DNA of 63,034 nt, the filler included, from Octopus bimaculoides (taxonomy: Eukaryota): assembly GCF_001194135.2 (NCBI RefSeq). It is 5 parts of 5 records of this genome, joined end to end, with 100 filler letters (N's around TTAATTAATTAA, not from the genome) between each part and the next. Parts side by side here need not be neighbours in the genome. Positions count along the whole stretch, not along the records: positions 11,543 to 19,500 come from NC_068990.1; positions 19,601 to 25,171 come from NC_068999.1; 3 more parts are not named here. One strand, given 5' to 3'. Below the pieces are notes generated by a model. The model was not told the origin of the DNA. It saw nothing but the letters and a program-made list of their open reading frames with translations, and made no database searches. Positions within the stretch are counted from its first letter, which is position 1. Every line of letters starts with the position of its first letter. The translations under genes were made by a program, and so were the position numbers. This document shows positions 12,501-24,630 of the stretch, in pieces.

Positions 12501-13045
12501 ATATGGGTACAGGACATCACAACTGTGTAAACAATATGAAGTATGAAAACAAATGAGTTAATATGCAAGCAACAAGAGAAAAATGGAAAACAGGACAAGT
12601 AACACAAAGAAAGACCCTTCATCAGTTGTCGGCTGTTTATCTACTCCTCATTTCAAGCATTCAGCAACAATATGAGTCTTCCAAGACAGTTGCTCCCATA
12701 AATGCCAAAATAAAATTTTGGATTTATGGAGGGTCAAAGTTGGGAACAAAAGCAGGACAGTGGAGACATACAAGGAAACCAAATGCAACAAATATGGAGG
12801 GTCGTTAGACCCAGATCGAGAGGAAAATAGTGAATGCTGGGAGAAATATTTTCTTTGAAAAGAGAAAAGGTAGAAGTGAGAGATAGAAAGAAGACGTCCA
12901 GCCCTTAGAACGTCATGCAGGAAAAGGGAGATGGTCATGTGAGGAAAAAAAGATGGATGATGGTCACATGTGAGCAACGAGAGGGAGAAAAAGAGAAAGA
13001 AGGAGAGAGAGAGAGACAGATAGAAAACGGTGAAGGGGAGAAAAA
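12501..13045. repeat. Repeat family E, longest copy
   Basis: Joins the proximal part (copies at 2655, 7684, 13702, 23430 inverted, 54645) to the distal part (copy at 10550). Confidence 0.8.
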
Positions 13046-13523
13046 GGGAATTAGAGGAGGATGGGGAGAAAACAGTATAGAGTAAATTCGCATCAAAAAC
13101 TAACTTGGAAATGGATGCATGGTGTGCAATTAAATAATAATATACATAATAGTTAATCTAAGAATTAAGGAAGCTATCCTCATAGACAGACTAGGGCCCC
13201 AAATCAACAACAGGCTGGAGGTTGACAGTCAATATATTATTTAGCTACATCTGGATGCATGTTAGTTCGTTTTTGATAACATACTCATGTATTATTTATC
13301 AAAAAAGAAAAGAAAGAAAAAAAGGAAACTGCACGTATAATACATAACTTAGAAGCAGTGCTGCAGATATGCCAGCACACATGAGCTTGAGACATGGCCA
13401 CCCTCACGCACTTCTCATGAGGAATTCCAGAAGGAGCTTCATGGGACCACTGCAGAGATGCTTCCAGAAAAAAAACAACCGTTGGAAAAACCGATTATAG
13501 CAGTGACTCAATCAATTCCTAGG

Positions 13524-13565
13524 GATATCTGAAGAAGGAATTTTTGTATTCCGAAATATTATATC
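13524..13565 (+). ncRNA. Minimal type I hammerhead ribozyme (Penelope/retrozyme type)
   Basis: GATAT-CTGAAGA-A-GGAAT-ttttgt-ATTCC-GAAA-TA-TT-ATATC. Stems I and II are perfect 5-bp helices, the core is intact, and palindromic AATATT replaces stem III. Confidence 0.62.
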
Positions 13566-13701
13566 AGACTATGGATGACTAAATTAAAACAGTTATTATA
13601 GTGCATTGTTGTGCCATTCAAGACACATTATATTTTACAAACAATGCACAATGCTTCAAGGGAACTACAATTCTCTCCTATATATATGTGTGTGTGTGTG
13701 C

Positions 13702-13903
13702 ATATATGGGTACAGGACATCGCCAACTGTGAAAATAATATGAAGTACAAAAACAAATGAGTTAAATACGCAAACCAAGAGAAGAAATGGAAAAAAAATA
13801 TAAGTAACATGGAGAACAACCCTTCATCAGTTGTCAGCTGTCTATCTACTCCTCATTTCGAGCATTCAATAACAGTATGAGTCATCAAAGATAATTGCTC
13901 CCA
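13702..13903. repeat. Repeat family E, partial copy
   Basis: atatatgggtacaggacatc...ccttcatcagttgtcagctgtctatctactcctcatttcgagc. Confidence 0.78.
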
Positions 13904-14190
13904 TGAATACCAATATAATTTTTTGTATGTATGTATGTATGTATGTATGTTTGTATGTATGTATGTACGTACGTATGTATGTATGTATGTATGTATGTAT
14001 GCATGCATGTATGTATGTATGTATGCACATGTACATATATGAACCTACATCACAGCAAAAAACTCAATCAAATGGTGCAATATCATTCACCACTGCCAAC
14101 CACATAGGAATGGCCATTGAAAAGGTAATGATACTGGCTATGCACCAGCATGGCCCCAGCTTTTAGGCTTGAACACATAAACGAATAAAA

Positions 14191-14235
<45 letters not shown>

Positions 14236-14382
14236 TATACATCTATTTGTACAGGTACATATATAATATATGTATACTTACACATATATATATACGCATA
14301 TAATTATATATTTGTATAGACACACATATACATATATAAATATATATGCATGTGTGTGTGTGTGTGTATAAACATTAATTAG

Positions 14383-14423
<41 letters not shown>

Positions 14424-14919
14424 AACACTAATTAGACATATATATATGTATATATTCACATACGCACACACCTATCATTATGTGTGTGCGTGTATGTGTA
14501 TGTATGCATGTACATATGCATGTATATATGTTTCTACTGATAAGATAGTGCTCTGTAAACAACATTAAAAAAAGGCCTTTTTGTTTTTGATATTTGTTCT
14601 GTACCAATTTACACAGACAATCCCTTGTAATTCTTGCCTTCACAAATGCAATGAACCAGTGATTGGTCCTTTAGAGCCTGTAACCAATGATCCTATTGTT
14701 CACATATTGAGATATAAAACATAAAATATATAAATATAACTAGTCATTATCATTATGGTTTGGTTGCACGAATGAAGCTTCAGTGAAAAGTAAGGCCTTT
14801 GATCGTAGGTATGTTTGATCAGAGCTGATGTGGGGCTAAACACCACCTTCAGTAATGGCAACAACAACAACAACAATATCCTTTTAATGTTATAAAATAC
14901 TATACAATTACTTCACAAT

Positions 14920-15565
14920 CACACGGTTCTAAGTTCAGTCCCACTGTGTGGCACCTTGAGCTAGTGGCTTCTATTATAGCCTCAGGTTGACCAAAGCCTT
15001 GTGAGTGGGATTGGCAGATGGAAGCAGAAAGGAACCCATCATATATAACTATGTGTGTATGTGTGTGTGGGTGTGTGTCTTTGTGTCACTGTTTCTCCCC
15101 CACCCACCCACTGCTTACCAACCAGTGTTGGTGTGTTTATATCCCAGCAACTTAGACAGTTTGGCAAAAGATATTGATAGTATAAGTCACATGATCATGT
15201 GACTGACCAGATTATCAGATGTTGTGACACATTGCTGGTCACAATGCACTTTGCATCATTTTAGCCATTGAATGACACCATCCCACTGGCTTGGCAAGCA
15301 GGCCAACACTCCACCTTGATCGAAAAGATGTTTGGAACAATGGAAATGAAGTGTTTTGCTCAAGAATACAATGCACCACCCAATCAGGGTATCGAACCCA
15401 TGATCTAAGGATCATGAGTGCAGCAGCCTAACCACTAAGCCATGCACCTTCATGATAGTATAACTACTAGGCTTAAAATAAAACAAAGCCTGGGGTCGAT
15501 TTGTTTGACTAAAACCCTTTAAGGTGGTGCCTCAGCATGGCCACAGTCAAATGATTGAAGGAAAT
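14920..15565 (+). mobile_element. SINE family A interrupted by a family C SINE
   Basis: Family A core, body and tail are collinear on both sides of the insert at 15186-15452. Confidence 0.85.
15186..15452 (-). mobile_element. SINE with family C-type head, nested, with 11-bp TSD
   Basis: Minus-strand head tgaaggtgcatggcttagtggttagg...gggttcgatacc. Flanked by tgatagtataa at 15175-15185 and 15453-15463. Confidence 0.85.
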
Positions 15566-15584
15566 AAAAGATACGAGATAAATA

Positions 15585-15900
15585 TACAGGTATGGCTGCT
15601 TGGTTAAGAAGCTCGCTTTGAGACCAGGTAGTGTGGGGTTCAGTCCCACTGCATGACATGTTGGAGAAATGAATTCTAATGTAGTCTTGGGCTGACCAAT
15701 GACTTGTGAGAGTATTTGGTAGCGGAGGCATGTGGCTTAGTGGTTAGGGTGTTGCACTCATGATTATAAGATTATGGTTTCGATTTCTGGGCTGGATAAT
15801 GTAATGTCTTCTTGAGCAAAACAATTCATTTCACATTGCTCCAGTCCATGCAACCGGCAAACATGAGTAATACTGTCCAGTGGGGCTGTCAGCCATATGA
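15585..15900 (+). mobile_element. Family A SINE head followed by family C SINE
   Basis: caggtatggctgcttggttaagaagctcgc...gggttcagtccc, then ggcatgtggcttagtggttaggg...cttgagcaaaacaattcatttcacattgctccagtcc. Confidence 0.75.
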
Positions 15901-15961
15901 GCTTATGGCTTGAGAAGAAGCTTTGATTCCTTTGATTTACCCACACACACACACACACACG

Positions 15962-16023
<62 letters not shown>

Positions 16024-17394
16024 GTGTTGTATCAGTCATTTGGCTGTGGCCATACTACAGCATTGCCTTGAAGGGCTTAGTCCTTTGACTTTTCCAGGAA
16101 GTGCTTGGAACAACAACTCATTTTAAATCTCCCTGGGGTGGACTTTTCCTTTCACCCTTCTGAGTTCAATAAAATAAACTAGCAGTGAAGTGATGGGATA
16201 AATATATGTGACTGCTTTCTCCCCCAACAAAATTTCTATGCAAGAAATCATTACTCTTATAGCATTCATCTTTTGATGTTTGAAAAACGTTTCTGATGAG
16301 AAATGCAATGAAATAGAATTTTTACTAAGTTTTTATTGGATGAAAATGTTTGCTCTTTTGAATATCGTATTACTGGAAACAAGACAAAATTATCATTGCA
16401 GGAATGTCTTTGATTATAGATCTACTTAACAGGACTGACTTTGGGCTAAACAGCAATAATACCACCAGTGCAGTAAAGCTGCTCATTTATTGCATATAGA
16501 CACACACACAAACTATAGCAACAACAACATACGTATGTAAAATATATAAATTCAATCAAAGACATTATGCAGAATAAATTATAAGGAAGATTTTATTCTA
16601 TGACAATCACTGAATGAGAAGATGTTGTTTCTGTTTGTTGATAAGTTAATTTGATATGACAAGCCTGACTGACAAGAAAATTGATGCTACATATAAAAAG
16701 AAAAGGTTTCAAATTTTGATTTCTACTATATAGTGAAATATCTGGAATACATAAAGAAACACAACATTCTACTAAATTTGTTGTGCATCCATACAAGTGA
16801 TTCTGTACTGTGTGTATGCATTTATGCACATGAGTCTGTATGCATTCATACAGATAAATTTCGGTTTTGTGTACATATATCAGTTTATGCAATTACTATC
16901 ATATGCTTTTTTTTAAATAGAAACTAAACTGGAAAGTAAGCTAATATACTTTGTTGTGGAAAATTATGACAACGAAATATGGAGTTGCAAAAGGCTGTCA
17001 GTTTCTGTAGTTGTTTAAAATCCAAACTAATTGAATTTGTCTCACTGCTTAGTTGATTACTGTAATGGTTCACTGCATAGGTATAATTAAAGTAATGCCA
17101 TCATTGAACAGTTCACTGTTAGTATATGCCACTTCTCTGAGCCCATCTGTTTGCTTTAGTGGATACTGCATAGCTGTTCAGCTGTTTATCACTGCTACTA
17201 CTATTGCTGCTAACCACTAATACCACCAGCTAGATATACTATTTAATATAACTTTGTGCTGAACACTGTTGTTCTGAGTCATTGCTACTTCCAGCATTGC
17301 CATGGGTTCCCACTACTGTAAGCAAATAGATGTAGTCAAGAATTAATGTGACAGAAGTTAATAAAATGCATGGGTGCAAATTCTTGTTGTTATG

Positions 17395-17560
17395 GTATGG
17401 CTTTGTAGTTATAAAGTTTGCTTTCCAACTGCTTCGTTTCAGATTCAGACCACTGTGTGGCACCTTTGGCAAATGTCTGCTACTATAGTGTTGGGTTGCC
17501 TAATGCCTTGTGAGTGAACTTGGTAGATAGAAAATGAAAGAAGCTGTCATATGCATGCAT
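17395..17560 (+). mobile_element. SINE family A, CpG-decayed
   Basis: gttgctttccaactgc...actgtgtggcacctttggcaaatgtc...ccttgtgagtgaacttggtagatagaaaatgaaagaagc. Confidence 0.75.
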
Positions 17561-17916
17561 ACATACATCTACACATACATACATACATACATTTATATGT
17601 GTATGTATGTGTGTGTGTATGTATGTGGATTTTAATTACAATTTGGATACACACACACACACACACATATATATTTAATAAACGTAATATATGTTTTTAT
17701 GTGCTACTACTAGTTTCATGTGCTGTGAGCATGCCAGGCAGTGTTTTTTAACATGTCTAGAGTCCTAGCACAATCATCAGGCACTGTTCACATGATGCTA
17801 ATAGTAGCACATATATTGTGTTTATTAAATAATATTTATCTCTCACCAGATGGATAATTTTTTTGTTGATCTTACCATCATGGAACAGTACATTATCTAT
17901 GTATATGTGTGTGTGT

Positions 17917-18040
17917 GAAGGCACGTGGCCTAGTGGTTAGGCTGTTGCACTCACAATCGCTAGATTGTGGGTTTGATTCTCTGACTGGGTGATACATTGT
18001 GTCCTTGAGCAAAACACTTCATTTCACACTGCTCCAGTGC
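17917..18040 (+). mobile_element. SINE family C, 5' part
   Basis: gaaggcacgtggcctagtggttagg...gggtttgattc...gtgtccttgagcaaaacacttcatttcacactgctccag. Confidence 0.8.
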
Positions 18041-19354
18041 CACTTCAATCAGGTATAGTCTGGGTTCAGGCTAACCACATCAAGTAGTAAAGAGCATTAA
18101 TAAAAGTAAAGATGTATGGTTAATGTTTGTGTTGAAACACTGCAGTGTTGGTTTGATGTTGTTGGGTATCTGTAGTACCAAAATACTTGCAAAATCCAGA
18201 AACATGCCATTTACAGATTNNNNNNNNNNNNNNNNNNNNNNNNNNNNNNNNNNNNNNNNNNNNNNNNNNNNNNNNNNNNNNNNNNNNNNNNNNNNNNNNN
18301 NNNNNNNNNNNNNNNNNNNNNNNNNNNNNNNNNNNNNNNNNNNNNNNNNNNNNNNNNNNNNNNNNNNNNNNNNNNNNNNNNNNNNNNNNNNNNNNNNNNN
18401 NNNNNNNNNNNNNNNNNNNNNNNNNNNNNNNNNNNNNNNNNNNNNNGAGAGTTTGTAGACCCTCGGTGCCATTGTCTAAGTTTACTTGTGTCTAAAGGGA
18501 TTCTGAAATTGAATAGCAAATTTTTATTTGATGAGAGTAGAATTAGATGGAAGTAAGAAGGGATTTTAGACACAGAAAAATCAGGGTCCCTTTCATTAAT
18601 AAAAGTAATGATGTATGGTTAATGTTTGTGTTGAAACACTGCAGTGTTGGTTTGATATTATTGGGCATCTGTAGTACCAAAATACTTGCAAAATCCAGAA
18701 ACATGCCATTTACAGATTGTCGGGAGATAAAAATTTTAGCAGGAGAATTAAAGATTATGTATTTAAATTGTCATAATTCAAAACTTTAAGGATTCTAATA
18801 TAATAATTTACCAGAAAACTAACAACTGCTGTTGAAATTCTATAAAATAAATTGCTGTCATTTATAATTAGGATTAAAATCTGACCAATTGCTTACTTTC
18901 TAAACATTATGTTTACAAGACAAAACTTTTAACCATCAATCTGAGATATAATATTTCTGTTGACATTTTCTTTCTTTCTGTTTTTGAGAGAAATTCTTAG
19001 AGACAGAGAAGAATCAAAGGTGACTGATTCCATGAGACCTGAGACTGTTTGCTGTCACCTACAAAACTTCAGCAGTTTAAAGAATTTGATTGTAGAATTA
19101 AATTACTAGAATGGTGTGTCTAAAAATGTCTGTTTTTCTTCTTCATTCAATAAATTCTATTGCTATGATTTGATGAAGGCAAGTGATCTTTAAAAAGTAT
19201 TAGTCTGATNNNNNNNNNNTGTGTGCGTGTGTGCGTGTGTGTGAGTGTGTCTGTTTCTGTGTTTGACCCTCCACTATTAGTTGACAACCAGTGTCAGCTG
19301 GCCAGCTCCTGCCACACTGTCCAACCCATGCCAGCATGGAAAGCAATCGTTAAG

Positions 19355-19387
<33 letters not shown>

Positions 19388-19829
19388 CGACGACGATGAT
19401 ATATATACATTTCGTTTATGGATTGTGTGTGTTAAATTATAAGGCACTAAAAGAGAATGACTTTCCCCAGACACAACAATATATATATATATATATATAT
19501 NNNNNNNNNNNNNNNNNNNNNNNNNNNNNNNNNNNNNNNNNNNNTTAATTAATTAANNNNNNNNNNNNNNNNNNNNNNNNNNNNNNNNNNNNNNNNNNNN
19601 TATATATACTCACACAAAACAAGAACAGTAATGGAGAAAATCACATCTTTAATTGATGATTGCATCTTGTATTACCGACTTACATGTAACGTTTTTCATC
19701 GCATGAAAGCCAAAGGTTTTTACATTTTTTGCTCGTTTTCTTTTCCTTTTTTTCAGGATGACCTTGATAGATGACCTTGGGGTAAGCAAATCCCATCGAC
19801 AGCCTAAACAGTGACTTGTTTAAAATGTT

Positions 19830-20160
19830 AATGACTTACGTGGAACCATTTACTGTTTTTGGTTCCGTTGATAACAACATCCCTGTGTAATTTTTGCCAC
19901 GAGGCTCGTAAACAGCATACCTCATTTTTTTACCTTTGTCTCCATGATCCCTTCCAACCTTTTCCAGATCGTAGTTTTCTTTCCACATGGTATCCAATAA
20001 TCCCCTCCAAACAACCATCGTTCATTCCAAGCAACCATAGTCGGGTTGTCAGTGTAATCGCAGAAGAAATGTCCCTGTGACATGTTGTACTATATTATTT
20101 CTGACCAGTGGCATTCGGGAGTGACTTTGCGCAGTACGCTGTAGGTGCTGGCTTTGGGTA
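19830..20160 (-). mobile_element. Possible highly degenerate LINE RT fragment (domains 2-4)
   Basis: Frameshifted pieces STYSVLRKV...MSQGHF...LDTMWK...TIWKRLEGI...RDVVINGTKNSKWFHV resemble SLxSVLxKV...QxGF...FDTVW...QxVxVNGxxSxW. Confidence 0.35.
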
Positions 20161-20416
20161 AATGAAAATACAGGATGATCGGTTAATTATGATTTTATTC
20201 AACATATTACCCTCTCAGATTCACACACTCATTGTAGCGGCCCTTCAGTTTTCCTGAGCTCTGTTAAAGGGCTGAGAAGGTTTTCACGACACCCTTGAAG
20301 CCAGAAACTTGCCTGAAGCCCCTAGTATATATATTAGAGTGAAGACTTCCAATTGCGAGGTTGTGAACTTGATACAGTTAAATGTATTATATTCCGTCAC
20401 AGTTTTCCAAATGTTG

Positions 20417-20613
20417 TGTTATTTCTTTACTACCCACAAGGGGCTACACACAGAGGGGACACACAAGGACAGATAAACAGATTAAGTCGATTATACCGAC
20501 CCCAGTGCGTAACTGGTACTTATTTAATCGACCCCGAAAGGATGAAAGGCAAAGTCGACCTCGGCGAAATTTGAACTCAGAACGTAGCGGCAGACGAAAT
20601 ACCGCTAAGCATT
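20417..20613 (-). mobile_element. SINE family B
   Basis: Reverse complement of aatgcttagcggtatttcgtctgccgctacgttctgagttcaaat...gtcgactttgcctttcatcctttcggggtcga...ccccttgtgggtagtaaagaaataa. Confidence 0.85.
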
Positions 20614-21491
20614 GTGTACTTATCAATTTATTAGTTGCTATTTCTTGAAATTCAAATAAATATAGCAATAATATTGACTATATTCCTTATATTAGTATTT
20701 GATGAAAAAAAAAAAGGTCGTTATATAGTATCAGGTGTTATCTTATATATCAGACGGATGATCAGCCATGTCCAGTAGCGTAGCTGCTAAGAAGGAGAGG
20801 GCAAAAGAAACGGTCGCCTCGGGAAGCGGGTTAATGGAAGCGATATAAGCATGGTTTAACATATAAGCATGTATAGGATACGTGACCTGAGGAAAGTGTC
20901 GGTAAAGCTAAGCGCTACCACAAGCGGCGTACAGTCCAACTATTTCACTGATATTTGCAAGGTATTATTGATGCTGTTGGCTATGGTGTGCCGAGAACTA
21001 TGCTATCGACTGTTTCCTTATTGTTTAAAATGCTTATAGGATATAGTTTAACAGAAAATCCCACTCCTACATTTTATCGGGCGAATGAGGATATAGATTT
21101 TCCCTCGTTGGATTGTAACTTTCACTGAGTGGAACCCGAGTTCCTATCACTTAATCCTCAACAGAAAAGAACAAAAAAAAAAAAAACCAAAACAAAAACG
21201 TGCATTCGATGTATTTTTACGTTGAAAGTAGGACTTCAAAAGGATAATTGTATGTGTTAGTTATTTCCTGTCTTCCTCGTAGTTAAAGTTTACAGGCCAT
21301 CTGTAGCCACTCTGTCGCAGTAACGTGAGAAATATATAATTGTCAACCTACTGCGTACGTCTACGTCATATCAGCTGTGAATCAGTCTTGTGGACTTCAC
21401 ATTCCTACAGTCTCTGATTACTCCAATATTTCGTGAGGTTACTCGTGCTAATATCTGTACATGACGGACGTCTTGAATATATATCTATATA

Positions 21492-21536
<45 letters not shown>

Positions 21537-22051
21537 TTATGTATTTATATATATATATATACTTATGTATGTATATATATATAAATCGAAATTCCTCCAT
21601 TTTTGTTACTATATATTTATGTATGCATATATGTATTTTTTATGTATATATACAAACATACATTGACACACGCACACACACACACACACGCACGCACACA
21701 CACACACACACACATACAAACAAACACACACACATATATGTAATGTACCTCTATATGTTTATTTATGCATGTATATATATATATAAGTGTATATGTGTGT
21801 GTTTGTGTGTGTTTGTGTGTGTTGTGCGTGTATGTGAGCGCGGGCGTGTAAATACACAGACACATATATACATATCCATATGCATTTCATTATAAATGTA
21901 TATGTTTCTAAGCAAATGTAATAAAAATATAGACATATACACTCACATAGGTACACATGAACACACACACATACAAGATACGCACGCGTGAACATATAGT
22001 GACACACACATACACACACACACATCGTTGTTGTTGTTGTTGTTGTTATTA

Positions 22052-22255
22052 TGGCGGCGAACTAGCAGAATTTCGTCCGTCCTTGCGTTGTGATTTTAAA
22101 TTCTGCCGACGTCGACTTTGGTTTTCCCCTTCACCAGTAAATTTTTGCCCTCGTGGCGAAATTTGAAACGAGTCTTCTTCTTCTTCTTCTTCTTCTTCTT
22201 CTTCTTCTTCTTCTTCTTCTTCTTCTTCTTCTTCTTCTTCTTCTTCTTCTTCTCG

Positions 22256-22287
<32 letters not shown>

Positions 22288-22288
22288 A

Positions 22289-22340
<52 letters not shown>

Positions 22341-22545
22341 GGCGGTGAGCTGGCAGAATCGTTAGCACGCTGGACGAAATGCTTAGCGATATTTCGCCCG
22401 TGGCAACGTCCTGAGTTCAAATACTGGTGAAGTCGACTTTGCCTCTTACCCTTTCGGGTTCGATAAATTAAGTACCAGTGGTGTACTCGGTTCGATGTAA
22501 TCCACTGGTTCCCTACAACCTTGTGCTTATAGTAGAAAGGATTAT
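22052..22545 (+). mobile_element. Two family B SINE copies separated by a (CTT)n(GTT)n(ATT)n tract
   Basis: ggcggcgaactagcagaat (22052) and aaggcggtgagctggcagaatcgttagc...ctgagttcaaat (22339); microsatellite at 22175-22338. Confidence 0.8.
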
Positions 22546-23954
22546 CATAATTATTATTAATTCGTAACGAAAACACATCACAATCTTTAACTCACTCTCG
22601 AACCTATATGATTCTTACTTGTTTTACTTTTAATGAATTGATTTTCGCAAGAGACAGAAAACTCATTAATTAGCAAATTCAATGCCTATATAAAGATTAA
22701 AATCCTCTTGGTTTTTTTTGTTTTGTTTTATTTTTGCAAACATTAATTTGATTCCTGTTATCTACTCTCCTGTTATGTAACAAGTGACATTTATAAACAG
22801 TTTCGTTAAAGTTAATCTTGTTTTATCAACACTCTCTGGTTGGTGGCCGCATGTAAAACAAACAGCGATGTTCGTATGTTACAATTAGCAAATATTTTGC
22901 CTAGAAGTAAAGAGGAATTATGAGCAAAAATCATTCAAACATATATTTCGGTAAACTAAGCAATCACAGAATGATTTGTTTCTCAAAGGTCCTGTAAGAA
23001 AAAGAAAGAAAAAGACGACTGCTAATCATAGGGAGAAGCCGCTAGTCAAACACAAGTAGTGTTTTCCCTTAGCAAGAATTCGTCAACTTTTCACTCCAGT
23101 CGTTGGTTACAATAGTAAGTTAGAACACTGATTGTTCTACATGAAACATGGCAGGAGTAGTTACGGTGAATCTTGACCTATTAGAATTAACGGCCACATC
23201 ACCTGGTAATCACACGCTATTGTGTTAATAAGCGAAGGACACATTGAACATTTCTTGGTATACTAGAGTAAAGTTGTAGCTACAGAAATGTGGCAAACAC
23301 CTATGTCTCATCACATCTGAAGATTGTCTATGCAAAAACAAGACCGGTAAAGTAATGTGACGAATTCATCCATACACAAACGCACGCACATACAAACATA
23401 CATGCACGCTGTTGGAAAAAGTGTCCGTTTTCAGTCTTCGTCTTTATGTTTTCGTTTCCCATTGTGTTTAACGTTTATTGTGATGTCCTGTACCCATATA
23501 TGCATATATGTGTACATATAGATGTAGGTATGTACACACATGTATGGATATATGCATATAGTCATACATTCATACATGTCAACCGAAAATGTAGCATTTC
23601 GATAAACAGAATCGATAAAGTTAGTGTGCCACTGAAATGATTACTGAAAGATATAGTAAATATGTCCGACTAGAAGCTGGTAAAATGTGACGTCAGTTCT
23701 TCCTCATAATTCTATACTAGAATCCATTAAAAAAAAATATTCATATTTTGTTCTTGTTTTTCAACTCCAGTTGTTGATTAATATATACAAGACAGAACAA
23801 GCTGAGTGAGAAAAGAAAATGCTGATTTTTTTCAATGTCGGTTAACCGGGTCAAAATATGCTGCTGCGGTGTGAAGTGTCAGAAATATAATAAAGGTCAT
23901 TAACCACCGTAACCAACATCATCGCTCAGAAAATATCTCCCCAACCTCGACGCC

Positions 23955-24630
23955 GCCATCACCGCCGCCGCCGCCGCCGCCACCACCACTACCTACATAC
24001 CTGCCTGCCTACCTACCTACCTACCACCACCACCACCACTACCACCACCACCACCACCAACAACAACAAAACTACCACCACCATCAACATCTCCACTAAC
24101 ATGAATGTTGATTCTACCAGCACAGCACCACCCACGAATATACCACTAAAACAGCGTACATGACAATACCATCACCTAGCCGCCGCCATTAACACCACCA
24201 CCACCACCACCACCGTGGTGGTAGTAGTGGTGGTTGTGGTGGTGATAATAGTAGCGGTTGTGATAGTGGTGGTGGTTGAGATGCTGGTTGTGGTGGTGGT
24301 GGTGATCGTTGTTGTGGTTGTGGCAGTAGTGGTGGTCATAATGGTGGAGTTATGGTATTGGTGGTAGTAGTGGTGGTGATGTTGGTACTATTATAATTAT
24401 TAGCATTGCTGGAACGATGTGGTGTTGGTGATTACGTGTGTGATTGTCCTGCTAGTGGTATCGCTTTTAGAGACGGCGATGAGTATTTGTGGTCCTGATG
24501 ATGGTGGGAGAGGTGGATGGTTTTCAACAACAACAGCAACACCAAGATTAATACGACCATCACTACTGCCACCATCCACATGACTAATGCGCCCACCTTG
24601 AATACCATTCCTACCACCACCACCACCACC
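23955..24630. repeat. (ACC/CAC)n low-complexity block with an internal strand switch
   Basis: C/A-rich to 24214, G/T-rich from 24215 to ~24525, then C/A-rich again. Confidence 0.9.

Noticed and set aside
12600-12700. Complete hammerhead in repeat family E
   Set aside because: No GAAA follows the conserved CTGATGA, and type II/III permutations fail to form stems I and III.
16593-16892. Cys/His-rich ORF suggesting a C2H2 zinc-finger remnant
   Set aside because: It has no CxxC...HxxxH spacing or TGEKP linker, and the composition derives from CA/TG-rich sequence.
19934-20074. 141-nt phase-0 exon candidate (GHFFCDYTDNPTMVAWNERWLFGG...)
   Set aside because: The polypyrimidine tract is poor, and neighbouring frames resemble degenerate LINE RT motifs, which is the more economical explanation.
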